Part shown: piece by piece, positions 1 to 9,016 of the stretch
Layout: every line of letters begins with the position of its first letter
Position numbering within the stretch: position 1 is the first letter of the stretch
Source of the DNA: a virus
Length of the DNA: 33,290 nucleotides
Direction: 5' to 3' (one strand)
Virus record (IMG/VR): IMGVR_UViG_3300000279_000100
Made by a program: the position numbers and the translations under genes
Notes under the pieces: generated by a model
The model's input: only the letters and a program-made list of their open reading frames with translations
What the model was told of the DNA's origin: nothing
The model's database searches: none

Positions 1-54
1 TTATAGCATAAGCTTTATTAAGACATGTTGAAAATCGTTGTGTTTGTGTTTTGT
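1..54. repeat. Left copy of a 54-bp terminal direct repeat (att core or circular-contig overlap).
   Basis: ttatagcataagctttattaagacatgttgaaaatcgttgtgtttgtgttttgt is identical to 33237..33290. The repeat starts exactly at the window edge. Confidence 0.9.
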
Positions 55-124
55 CGATTTTACCGAGTGGCCAAGAAATAATGATAAAAACAACAACCGT
101 TAAAATGCGGTATTTTAGCTAAAA

Positions 125-145
125 TTTTTGCCGTATTTTTGCCGC
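125..145. repeat. Two tandem TTTTTGCCGY repeats with 11-bp period; putative integrase arm-type sites.
   Basis: tttttgccgt at 125..134 and tttttgccgc at 136..145. Same motif and orientation as 33168..33188, next to int, on the other side of the terminal repeat. Confidence 0.4.
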
Positions 146-151
146 TCAAAG

Positions 152-179
152 AAAAAAAAGAGCAGGGATTTCTCCCCGC
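152..179 (-). terminator. Intrinsic terminator downstream of the 188..787 gene.
   Basis: Minus strand reads GCGGGGA-gaaa-TCCCTGC followed by TCTTTTTTTT. Confidence 0.55.
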
Positions 180-187
180 CCCGTCTT

Positions 188-787
188 TTAATTTGCTTTG
201 CAGAACCACATTCGGAGTGCCAGCATTGCTCTATGTATACTTTGCACGTTATGAATTTTCCATCCTAAATATATTTTCCATCGGTAATTCGTGTTCAGAA
301 TTCGCATAGAATTATATATTTTCCAGTATTTTAAATCCCGCGTAACAAATATATTTCTTTCGGACTCTCCTGCTCTATAATCATTAATGACTACTACATT
401 ATCTGGATTGATTGTCGCTCCGAACCAGTCAATTGCAAAACCATATGCACAGTTTCTTGACAACCAGAACACACGGCAACAATATCGCTTCAATTTATCG
501 ATTAACGGCAGCGACGCAATGTTAATCGATCTTTTCATAACCCGTCCATAGTTCGGATCATATCGTTTCTCCGCCCAGTAGTATTTATAGAAATCATACC
601 GCATCCAGTCTGGTACATATTTTGTCACGCAGTCTTCGCTATCGCATGAATCATCAAATGTTTGCCATTTTCGCAAAAATCCATGCAGTTCCCCGTTTTT
701 GTCGGCAAACAATACTACAATAGGGTTCGTGATATAGCAGATTATCATAATGAGTAATTGCAATGGTGCATATAAAAACCATCTCAT
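188..787 (-). CDS. Hypothetical membrane-anchored protein (N-terminal TM helix, W/Y/C-rich C-terminal domain). AT-rich cargo gene next to the genome end.
   Basis: 199-aa ORF. AAGGAGG RBS directly upstream of the ATG. Own terminator. About 28% GC against 50-60% in the structural genes. No recognisable family. Confidence 0.6.
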   Translation of the reverse strand: MRWFLYAPLQLLIMIICYITNPIVVLFADKNGELHGFLRKWQTFDDSCDSEDCVTKYVPDWMRYDFYKYYWAEKRYDPNYGRVMKRSINIASLPLIDKLKRYCCRVFWLSRNCAYGFAIDWFGATINPDNVVVINDYRAGESERNIFVTRDLKYWKIYNSMRILNTNYRWKIYLGWKIHNVQSIHRAMLALRMWFCKAN

Positions 788-800
788 ATAATCCTCCTTA

Positions 801-850
801 AAAAGAAAAAGAGCCCTGATGCAATTTCCATGTCAGAACTCTTTTTCTGG
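801..850 (-). terminator. Hairpin flanked by T-runs on both strands; terminator of the late/lysis operon.
   Basis: gagccctga(811..819)...tcagaactc(833..841), with ttttt on the plus side and tttttcttttt on the minus side. Confidence 0.5.
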
Positions 851-912
851 TCCGCTTTGTGCAATACTCCACGGCTCAACTAATTATATTATACCATAGA
901 TTAAGTTTAGGA

Positions 913-1365
913 TCACCTCCGGGAGATGGCCGCTCCCACGGCTACTACTGTTGTCATTATCCATAGATTTTTTTGTCGAGTTTTAATTCTTATTTTCCGT
1001 TCTGCCTCTTTCTCGTACTCGTTGAATAATTCTCTGGTTTTCTTCAATGAGTTCTCTGTCGCTTCGTTCGATTTTCTTAATTTCTTTATTTGTTCGTTTG
1101 CTATCTGCAATTCGTTTTCTGCTTTCGCCGATTTCATCTCGGCTTCGTTCAATTGCTTCTCCTGTTCTATTAATAATTTGTCTTTCTTTTCGCTGTTCAC
1201 TTTCTGCATTTGAGAGTTCATTTCTAACTGCGTCAGCTCCATTTCGGAGATCGTGTACTGTGCTTCTGCCTGCACATGCTGCATATGCGAACCACAGAAT
1301 AATGGCGACAACCACAGCGACAGCAAGACCGCCGATAAAATAAGCCCTTTTCTGATTTTCCACAT
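913..1365 (-). CDS. Lysis-cassette accessory protein: N-terminal signal/TM segment, long E/K/Q coiled coil, C-terminal TM helix.
   Basis: 150 aa. ATG immediately follows the endolysin stop. GGAGG sits 5 nt upstream. A second complete ORF in another frame (983..1363, GTG start, N-terminal TM plus R/E-rich tail) overlaps it almost fully. Confidence 0.45.
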   Translation of the reverse strand: MWKIRKGLILSAVLLSLWLSPLFCGSHMQHVQAEAQYTISEMELTQLEMNSQMQKVNSEKKDKLLIEQEKQLNEAEMKSAKAENELQIANEQIKKLRKSNEATENSLKKTRELFNEYEKEAERKIRIKTRQKNLWIMTTVVAVGAAISRR

Positions 1366-1956
1366 TTAACCCTCCATCACGACATCTGCATCAAACAATT
1401 TCCCTTCAATGTTTTCAGATTTCGTGTACTGCCAGATATGGGCACCCGGATAATCACATTTTGAATCAAACTGCGCACACCATATTGCACATCCGCCCAG
1501 CTGATCAACATCCAGAATATTCACCAGCCAATCATAACAAGAATACAGTCCCACATATTTATAGCCCGCATCCCACAAGCGATTAATAAAGACGTTGCAG
1601 ATGTTTGTCAGTTCCTGATTATCCGGCATGCCATGACGTTCTTTATAACCATCACCATCTTCCATATCAAACCATACACCCATCGGTAATTTATCTGTAG
1701 TCAAACCGCACTCTTCAAGCGTCTGAATAACAAAATCCGCTTCGATACCTGCCACATCGTCAGATAATGCATAAGAATAATGGTAAATGCCGATTTTCAG
1801 TCCTGCTTTTAAAGCGCCATTCACATTGTCGTAAAACTGACTGTCTAAGTGCCCTTTGCCGTAACCAATGCGGATAATAGCAAACTCAAAACCTGCCGCT
1901 TTTACAGCACCCCAGTCTACCATTCCATTATTTTCAGATACGTCTATTCCCTTCAT
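1366..1956 (-). CDS. Endolysin, GH25 (Cpl-1-type) muramidase. Catalytic domain only.
   Basis: MKGIDVSENNGMVDWGAVKAAGFEFAIIRIGYG matches the GH25 N-terminal signature. AAAGGAG RBS before the ATG at 1956. The upstream part of the 231-aa ORF is rejected as an extension. Confidence 0.85.
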   Translation of the reverse strand: MKGIDVSENNGMVDWGAVKAAGFEFAIIRIGYGKGHLDSQFYDNVNGALKAGLKIGIYHYSYALSDDVAGIEADFVIQTLEECGLTTDKLPMGVWFDMEDGDGYKERHGMPDNQELTNICNVFINRLWDAGYKYVGLYSCYDWLVNILDVDQLGGCAIWCAQFDSKCDYPGAHIWQYTKSENIEGKLFDADVVMEG

Positions 1957-2260
1957 TGTTTGCCGCTCCTTTCTCTGCCGCGTCAGAATCACCGTTCCGG
2001 TTTTTATTAACCGAAAAAATTGATATAAAAGTAACAGCCCCGACCACCGCCGGAGCTGCATACTCTTTGAAAAATGTAATTAATTGTGCCGTATTAGCTG
2101 CTCCTGTTCGGTAAAAATCATGAAGCCACGAGAAGAGAACCATAAAAAACAGAATCAGAAGTCCGGCTCCGTAAAGATAAACAACTTTTAAAGATGTGTT
2201 CGCACGTCTTGAAATACGCGGAACATATCGCGTCCACAGTCCTTTAATTTTATCCATCAT
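1934..2260 (-). CDS. Holin-like small membrane protein (two TM helices, charged C-terminus).
   Basis: 108 aa with hydrophobic segments LYGAGLLILFFMVLF and AAPAVVGAVTFISIF. Lies immediately upstream of the endolysin and overlaps its start. Confidence 0.5.
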   Translation of the reverse strand: MMDKIKGLWTRYVPRISRRANTSLKVVYLYGAGLLILFFMVLFSWLHDFYRTGAANTAQLITFFKEYAAPAVVGAVTFISIFSVNKNRNGDSDAAEKGAANNEGNRRI

Positions 2261-2262
2261 GA

Positions 2263-2586
2263 TTAACCATCCTTTTGAATATGCAGCCTTCGAAGTTCTT
2301 CCATAATCGCTGTCCCTGTACCGTTGCCGCCTAAACCGTGATAAGCCTCATACATAGTAGACGCTCGTTCCAATTCTGTATATGTGATGGCATTTCGCTT
2401 TACGGCACAGGCATGAATACTGATAAGCCTATCCTTGAGAAGCGCTCTGACGCCGTCCTCTGTCTTTTCCCTATTTTCTTGCAGGCCTTTAGCTTTATTC
2501 CAAAGAAAGCCTACAGCCATTGAAAGTGCCACATATACAATGTTGCTTGCGATCGGAAGCAGTGCATGAAAAAGTTCATGTTCCAA
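2263..2586 (-). CDS. Second holin-like or lysis-associated membrane protein (one TM helix).
   Basis: 107 aa. TM segment LLPIASNIVYVALSMAVGFLW. Sits between the last virion gene and the holin. Confidence 0.4.
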   Translation of the reverse strand: MEHELFHALLPIASNIVYVALSMAVGFLWNKAKGLQENREKTEDGVRALLKDRLISIHACAVKRNAITYTELERASTMYEAYHGLGGNGTGTAIMEELRRLHIQKDG

Positions 2587-5500
2587 TTATTTAATACTCT
2601 CCTTTCCTAATGCTCGTCTTGCAATTCGGACTTGCGACATTTGTATTTCATCCAGCCTCTTTCGTTTAGCATCACTGGATAAATCACTTTTCATGACTGC
2701 CTTCTTTGCCAGGTTAATATTCTGAAAAGCTTTCACGGCATTCTTCATCTGTTCAAATTCTCGCGGATCGAATCCGTCCATCCGCCTATGTAGTTCCCGC
2801 CCCGCATTAAATAATTTCAACTGCCTGTCATAGGCATCATAAACTTCCTGCACGCTTTCACTACTGGAATAAGGTGTGGCAGTAAATCCACGAATCCCCG
2901 GCTGTTCCGTCCATCTCTTTGCCGGACGTGTTTCATCCAGTCCTGCCACTCCGTCTGTAAGCGTCAATCCCAGTCCAGCAAGACTGCCGCCATATCCGCG
3001 GATTGTATTATCTATCTTTCGGGGTGAAACGCCGAACGTTTCACCTATTTTGCGACCTACCGCTGACGTGTAAGGGCCATACTGCAGTTCAGGGATTGTA
3101 TTCTGTTGGCTTTGTGGTACGATATCGCGCCCCATAAAGATGGAATGATTGGTCATTGCTTCAATAGCCGGCACTAATGCAGTCGGCAGGAATGATGGAG
3201 CCATAGAATCAAGTACAGAGCCGGCAAGGCCTTTGAATCCCACTCCCTTTTGTTTTCTTTTTTTGTCATAATCCCACTGCAGCATACGTTCCGGAACGGT
3301 ACCGAAAAGAATTCCCAGTTCAAAGGGTTTGGGGATTTTAATCAGAGTGTCTTTTGTAGGGATAATCCAGAAAATATCTTTCTGCCATTGTGGTAACTCC
3401 TGATACCGTGGATCGTCCTTGTTGAGTTCCCAGAGCAGGACTGACGGCAAGGTAATCCACATAGCCGTTTTTACCGTCATATCCCGTGGGTTAGCTTTCC
3501 ATTCACGGAACATCTTATCCGTCCCCTGAATGGCTGCATTGAAAAATGCAATCGTCTTATTCAGTGATTTTGTATGAGACCCTATTCGAGAGAAATCCAA
3601 CGTTACATCACGGCTTTCAAGCGCCGCTTCTTGAATACTGCCCGGATTTCGCTTTCTGCTGAACAGCCGATTTCCGATACCTGTATACCCTTTCCGGACA
3701 TTATGAAATTCTGCCAAGCGTGTAGCCATTTCTGTGGCTTCGGACAATCCGCGAAGTACTTCAATCGGATTTGTGGTTACCATCTTTTTGACGCTTGGCC
3801 GCTGCAACAAGTCTCTCATCTGTCCGGAAAGGTAATTTCTATCAAGAGAAACAAGATTAGCCTGTGCCGCGCCTGACCGCATGTATTCCCAGTAAGTATC
3901 GCCTTTCTGCAGATACAGCCCTAACCCTTTAAGAGTGTCTACAACGGGGATAAATCCATGCTTAGAGTAGATCGTAGCGGAAATCATGTCGCGGACAGGA
4001 TTTCGCAAGATAAATTCGGGCCCTAACGTCGCCCCGGCACGAAGCCATTTTGCCGGATAAGAAAGAAGCTTCGTAAACATGTTTGCACCTTCCGGATTCA
4101 ACATTTTAAATGCCTGATACAATTCCGGTGTCGTGTTATAAACGACTTTCTTTCCGTTTCTCCACACACTGAAACTATGATCCGTCACCTTTGCCGCACC
4201 GGACACTTTTTCAATCAATGCTCCCATGCCATCAACGTTTGCCAGTTTTACAATAGACTGCCCGACTTTATTCCGTTCGATGGCACTCATTATTGAGAAA
4301 GTATTCCGGATTATTCCTTCCAGTGGGTCTACTACATCTAAAGTGCTGCCGCGCATTTTCTTTGTGACAGCCCCCACATTAGCAAATCCTTTTCCTGTTC
4401 CATTCCTTTGTGCTTCTGCAGCTTCATAAAATTCACGGAAGAACGGTACATAATGAGGATATTTATTCTTCATGGCCATTGCAGCCTTTACCGATAACAT
4501 ACCGGCATCTACAGCATTTGCAAGCAGGAAATCATTATATCTGTGGATTTCCGTAGCGGCTTTCGCGAAAACAGGATTCTTCTCATAATGCTTGATGACG
4601 TCAAAACATTCTGATTTTGTAAATCTCGTAATCAGTGGTGTTTCATCTCGCGGTAAGAATGTATTCCAGTGGTTCATATCCAATTCGCGTAATGCGGTCA
4701 GATATGTAGAAAAATCTTTCAGCTGATTATCCGGGATTTTTCGGATAATCTCTTTAAAAGCGGGGATTCTATGCTTGGGCGAACCATTCTGCAGAAGGGC
4801 TTCTGCTTTACCTGCCCAACCGCGCGCAAGCCACGCCTGTTTGAATGCGTTTTCTTCTATCCTTAACTTTCTTCCCGTGCGTTTTTCTACTTCACCGATA
4901 AGTTCCTCTAATGGATGAAGTTCATCCACCATTGTAGTATACGGCTCATGATAAACTTTCCGTGCGACTTCCTTAGAATCCTTAAAGAATTTCAACGTTT
5001 TCCGCAGTAGATTTTCTTTACCGCCAAAAGAAACAGAACCTTTCATCCGTTCCCACACAGGCTGCGCATACCATTGATGGCCGACATAAGACAATTTGTC
5101 TACTGCAGCATGCAGGTCTTTATCACCTTCCAATATTTGTTTAAATTCCTTATAAAACAGTGGGAAATCAGAGGCTGCTGTTTTACGGCGCGTAACATAG
5201 TCATGGAAAAATTCAGCAATCCCTTCCTTTCGGATGGTTTTTATGCCACCTTTGTTATAGGCATTTCCGAAACGTTTATGGATAACATTGGAAAATTCTG
5301 TATCAAAACCAGGACGGTTGCTGAATTTAAACCTTGCATCCACATAGTGACCAAGTTCATGCATAACAGTTCGGGGATCCCCGAATGTTCTTGTTCGTAT
5401 AATATCCGTTTTAGGGTTATACCAGCCGTTGGTGCCTTTCTTACCGACACGCCCCTTCTTGATCGTAGCCCCGAAAATGCTATTTACATCATCAAGAATC

Positions 5501-7734
5501 TGCTTGCGTGAAATCGTCTCTCCCTGCCATGTGGTCAAGTCACTACCTGCTGCTTCTTCAACAGGTTTTACCATAAATGACCGTTCATCACCCGGCAATT
5601 TTACTTTTCCTGTTTCTTCTGCTACAATAGAGTTGCCAGATGGGTGGAGCTGGGTATCCGGCGTTGAACCCCTATCACTGGAGGGTTGCAGAGGATACCC
5701 TGACTGACGACCTCGAATATTTTCGCCGACGTAAATTAATTCGTCGGCGTTTTTTATATCTCTTGAAAGCTGATTAATAGCATTGTTTCGATGTCTGGGC
5801 TTATCCATAGCCGTACTTGAAGAGATAATTTTCCCTTTATCGGTTTTATCCATGCTGACCGCTATTTGATGTAACAAATTATCTTTTCCGCGCCATAGAT
5901 TCACATAGAGTTTTCTTCCGTTCTTTTGCTTAAGAATAAAATCCGGATTTTGAACAGTATCTTTTATCAACCCAGTTGCAAATGCACGGCTGTCAGAAAT
6001 AGACATATTTTCGCCATGTCCGGAAGTAAAAGCTTTAACTGCGTCATTTACTGCATTTTTGTTTTCTTTGTCAAAAATAACTCTTACTTTTTCTCCCATC
6101 GGATCGTCTATTCCGTCAGCAAGTTTAAGCGTTTCTTGACGTGCATATTCAAACTTCTGTTTTTCTGGTAAATCTTTAAATGCGTTATATCCCGCTTCAT
6201 CATAAGTACGGAACACTTCCTTGGGAATTGTCCCATCTTTGATACGATTGGACAATTCTTCCGGCGTAATATCTCTTACAGGATCTTTCATGAAATTCAG
6301 ACTTGCTTCTTCCGGTGCTGCCTGCTTCACATCTTCCACAAAATCATTGAAATTGTTCTGCTGTATAGAACGCTGCACAGGGCGAACACTACGACCGTCA
6401 TAGACTTCTCTGGCAACCTGCTGGCGGTATGCGTCATTGGCCACTGCCGGATCCGGACGTTCATACTGTTCGCGGACAATATGCGCCGCTTCTTCCGGAG
6501 TGATATTTGGATTTTTGCGGAGTGCTTCAAAAGCCGCCCGTTCCGTTGTATTCATCTCTTCGGAGATAAAATCTACCTGTGTACGCCAATCTTTAGGATC
6601 CAGTCCGTTTTCCCGGGCGAATTGCTCTAAATGCGCCTTTCTGTCGCCTGTCCACTGTACCAGCCCGTGGGAATTATATCCATCTTGCGAAAGCGCTTCC
6701 GTATCAAACATGGATTCTTGCGCAATATTTCCGGTAATCCCCGCCGCTTCGGAATCAGTAAATCCGTTCTGGCGGAGACGGTTGTAAACATCTGTTTTTA
6801 TATCTCCTGTTTCGCCGTATTCGGGCGGCAGGTTTGTTTCTTTAAGTGACTGCGTGCCCATCTCGGTATCACGGGCTAAATCGTCAAAACCTGTTTCTCC
6901 GCCACGTTTAAAAGAATCAAAAAAACGACCTTTGGCGTTGGCGAGGCCACTCTTCACCGGGTCAATAACATGTTCATTAAACGGTTCCGTCACATGCTCG
7001 CGGATAGGCTCGCTGATACTTTTCGGCGTTGCTTTTTTTATGCCTTTTGCCGCTCCGTGAATGACCGCGCCCGGTAAGAACACTTTATCCCACAATTCGG
7101 TCGGATTATCCACAAGGCTCTGTACATATTCTCCCGGATTGGTGACCGCCTCTTTAATGGGATTAATGACCGGATCCAAAAGAGCCCCTTTTGCTGTGCT
7201 GATAACAGGCGTGCCGTCGTCATTTGCAATGTTCTGGTCATAAGTCTGCATCGTAGAATCGACAAGAGTCGGGACAGCTAAAGCACCGCCTGTCATGCGG
7301 ACAATGCCGGGCATACCTGGTGTGATGGCAGCGTATCCGGCAGGTTTGCCTACCAGTTCATTGTAGACATTCATTTTCGCCCTGTTATAGTTTTCACCTT
7401 CAAAGCCTTGTGTCGGGTCTTCCATGTTGATGGATTCTCCGTTGTTATATGCTTCCATGGCACGTTCTCCTGCAGCCGTAATTTCATTGCCGTAATTTTC
7501 TATCGCTTTGCCGGCATTAGCCGCGTAATCAGAAAGAGTATTCCATACATTGGCTTTTGTCTTCTCCCACTGCGCTTTACGCGCTGCACGCCCTTCTTCA
7601 TAGGATTCATCTATGCTATTTAAAAAGCCTTTGGCCTTATCAAGCAAAGACGAATCCTGCGGCGGCTGATTTTTGAATTCATCAAAATATCTTTCACCAC
7701 CGCTGGTACGTTGAAATTCATCAAAATAACCCAT
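2587..7734 (-). CDS. Giant polyvalent virion/ejection protein. Contains a phage-tail-lysozyme-like domain and a zincin HExxH metallopeptidase motif.
   Basis: 1715 aa. ITGNIAQESMFDT...GLVQWTGDRKAHLEQFARENG...VDFISEEMN matches the phage tail lysozyme (PF18013-like) pattern. Zincin motif VMHELGHYVD. Last gene of the virion module, before lysis. Confidence 0.6.
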   Translation of the reverse strand: MGYFDEFQRTSGGERYFDEFKNQPPQDSSLLDKAKGFLNSIDESYEEGRAARKAQWEKTKANVWNTLSDYAANAGKAIENYGNEITAAGERAMEAYNNGESINMEDPTQGFEGENYNRAKMNVYNELVGKPAGYAAITPGMPGIVRMTGGALAVPTLVDSTMQTYDQNIANDDGTPVISTAKGALLDPVINPIKEAVTNPGEYVQSLVDNPTELWDKVFLPGAVIHGAAKGIKKATPKSISEPIREHVTEPFNEHVIDPVKSGLANAKGRFFDSFKRGGETGFDDLARDTEMGTQSLKETNLPPEYGETGDIKTDVYNRLRQNGFTDSEAAGITGNIAQESMFDTEALSQDGYNSHGLVQWTGDRKAHLEQFARENGLDPKDWRTQVDFISEEMNTTERAAFEALRKNPNITPEEAAHIVREQYERPDPAVANDAYRQQVAREVYDGRSVRPVQRSIQQNNFNDFVEDVKQAAPEEASLNFMKDPVRDITPEELSNRIKDGTIPKEVFRTYDEAGYNAFKDLPEKQKFEYARQETLKLADGIDDPMGEKVRVIFDKENKNAVNDAVKAFTSGHGENMSISDSRAFATGLIKDTVQNPDFILKQKNGRKLYVNLWRGKDNLLHQIAVSMDKTDKGKIISSSTAMDKPRHRNNAINQLSRDIKNADELIYVGENIRGRQSGYPLQPSSDRGSTPDTQLHPSGNSIVAEETGKVKLPGDERSFMVKPVEEAAGSDLTTWQGETISRKQILDDVNSIFGATIKKGRVGKKGTNGWYNPKTDIIRTRTFGDPRTVMHELGHYVDARFKFSNRPGFDTEFSNVIHKRFGNAYNKGGIKTIRKEGIAEFFHDYVTRRKTAASDFPLFYKEFKQILEGDKDLHAAVDKLSYVGHQWYAQPVWERMKGSVSFGGKENLLRKTLKFFKDSKEVARKVYHEPYTTMVDELHPLEELIGEVEKRTGRKLRIEENAFKQAWLARGWAGKAEALLQNGSPKHRIPAFKEIIRKIPDNQLKDFSTYLTALRELDMNHWNTFLPRDETPLITRFTKSECFDVIKHYEKNPVFAKAATEIHRYNDFLLANAVDAGMLSVKAAMAMKNKYPHYVPFFREFYEAAEAQRNGTGKGFANVGAVTKKMRGSTLDVVDPLEGIIRNTFSIMSAIERNKVGQSIVKLANVDGMGALIEKVSGAAKVTDHSFSVWRNGKKVVYNTTPELYQAFKMLNPEGANMFTKLLSYPAKWLRAGATLGPEFILRNPVRDMISATIYSKHGFIPVVDTLKGLGLYLQKGDTYWEYMRSGAAQANLVSLDRNYLSGQMRDLLQRPSVKKMVTTNPIEVLRGLSEATEMATRLAEFHNVRKGYTGIGNRLFSRKRNPGSIQEAALESRDVTLDFSRIGSHTKSLNKTIAFFNAAIQGTDKMFREWKANPRDMTVKTAMWITLPSVLLWELNKDDPRYQELPQWQKDIFWIIPTKDTLIKIPKPFELGILFGTVPERMLQWDYDKKRKQKGVGFKGLAGSVLDSMAPSFLPTALVPAIEAMTNHSIFMGRDIVPQSQQNTIPELQYGPYTSAVGRKIGETFGVSPRKIDNTIRGYGGSLAGLGLTLTDGVAGLDETRPAKRWTEQPGIRGFTATPYSSSESVQEVYDAYDRQLKLFNAGRELHRRMDGFDPREFEQMKNAVKAFQNINLAKKAVMKSDLSSDAKRKRLDEIQMSQVRIARRALGKESIK

Positions 7735-7745
7735 ATTTTACCTCT

Positions 7746-9014
7746 TTACGGTACCCATGCTGCATAGAAACCAAGACCTTCGTTTCTCAATGCTTGCTGT
7801 ACCTCTTCTTTGGACATTCTCTGCCGCATTTCTATAATTTTATTACTAAGCCCCTGCTCATCATTAACAAGCTGTTTCTGCCCGCCTGTTACATCTTCCG
7901 GCTGTCCGGGCTGCTGTGGTTTTAAGACTTGCTGCAGTCGTGCATAATAAGGAGATTTTGCGGGATCGAAATCATCATCATACATATGTTGCTTCTCGTA
8001 CATCTGCTGCAAGTGACTTAGCTGTGAAATAATCTGTGAATTGTACCCGCTCGTTCCGGGCCCTTGCACTTCTCTTGCCGTACCAGGAATAATCTGCCCG
8101 CTTCTGACATCAAATAATCCGCCGCCGGTATTCACATAAAAACGTCGCGGATCTTGCGGCGGTGCATAATTCCCCATTTGCTGGACAGCTCCTGTATCGC
8201 CATTGATTCCTACAAGCTGGCCATTTGGCATTGTCTTATAAGAAATATTCGGCTTATCCAACGCGTTGATGTTATTTAGCATATTCATATCAATCTGTGG
8301 AAGCCCCAGCTGCTGAGCACGGTAATTATAAGCGACAATCCGCGGCGCCATTGCCTTAAGTTTTTTCGGATCATAACCGCTGACTGTCGCATTCCCGTCT
8401 TTATCCGTGGTATAGACAAGCTGATTCAGAATATCCTGTCTTGCCGGCTCAAGAACGCTGTCCTGATAGGCGCTAAGCTGTTTACCAAATTCTTCGGCCG
8501 TATCATTTTCAAGCATTTCTTTTGCCATGCGTGCCGCTTCTTGCTGTCCATAGCCGCTCTTGATGAAGCTGACATATGCCGCCCCGGCTTTATTCCGAAG
8601 CGACTGCTTAATTTGGTTTTTGTCAGGTGCACTCAGGCGCGCTTGTGTTTGCGGCTGTGTCTGCTGCATATTCAACTGATAATGAGGGACGGCCTGTTCT
8701 AATGCATCTTGCCCCGCCGTAGTTGAAGACTGCAAAGGCTGTGTGCCGGCAGTGTTGATCTTGAAATGAGGCATTGCTTTTTCAAGACCGTCCTGCGCAA
8801 AAAGACCGCTGCCCATCTGCGGGGTCTGCGGCTGTGTCAATTGAGACAAAAGTCCCGGGGACTGTTCCTCTTGATAACCCCCGAATACTCTTGTTGCATA
8901 ATCTTTAGCATTGCGGGTATCCTGTATCTTCTGCAGACGGGTTGCCGCCCACAGTCCCGCCAGATTCCCAATCTGATCCCATGGTGATTTATCCTGTACA
9001 TAGATAACACTCAT
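7746..9014 (-). CDS. Q-rich putative internal/ejection virion protein.
   Basis: 422 aa, Gln/Pro-rich and low-complexity. Tightly packed between two other large virion proteins. Confidence 0.4.
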   Translation of the reverse strand: MSVIYVQDKSPWDQIGNLAGLWAATRLQKIQDTRNAKDYATRVFGGYQEEQSPGLLSQLTQPQTPQMGSGLFAQDGLEKAMPHFKINTAGTQPLQSSTTAGQDALEQAVPHYQLNMQQTQPQTQARLSAPDKNQIKQSLRNKAGAAYVSFIKSGYGQQEAARMAKEMLENDTAEEFGKQLSAYQDSVLEPARQDILNQLVYTTDKDGNATVSGYDPKKLKAMAPRIVAYNYRAQQLGLPQIDMNMLNNINALDKPNISYKTMPNGQLVGINGDTGAVQQMGNYAPPQDPRRFYVNTGGGLFDVRSGQIIPGTAREVQGPGTSGYNSQIISQLSHLQQMYEKQHMYDDDFDPAKSPYYARLQQVLKPQQPGQPEDVTGGQKQLVNDEQGLSNKIIEMRQRMSKEEVQQALRNEGLGFYAAWVP

Positions 9015-9016
9015 GA

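Noticed and set aside
1-187. tRNA or tmRNA as integration target within the terminal repeat or junction.
   Set aside because: No cloverleaf-compatible acceptor or T-arm pairing and no CCA-type 3' end could be found in 1..187 or 33167..33290.
1957-2061. N-terminal 35-aa extension of the endolysin ORF.
   Set aside because: The conserved GH25 start MKGIDVS at 1956 has a good AAAGGAG RBS. The extension overlaps the holin gene.
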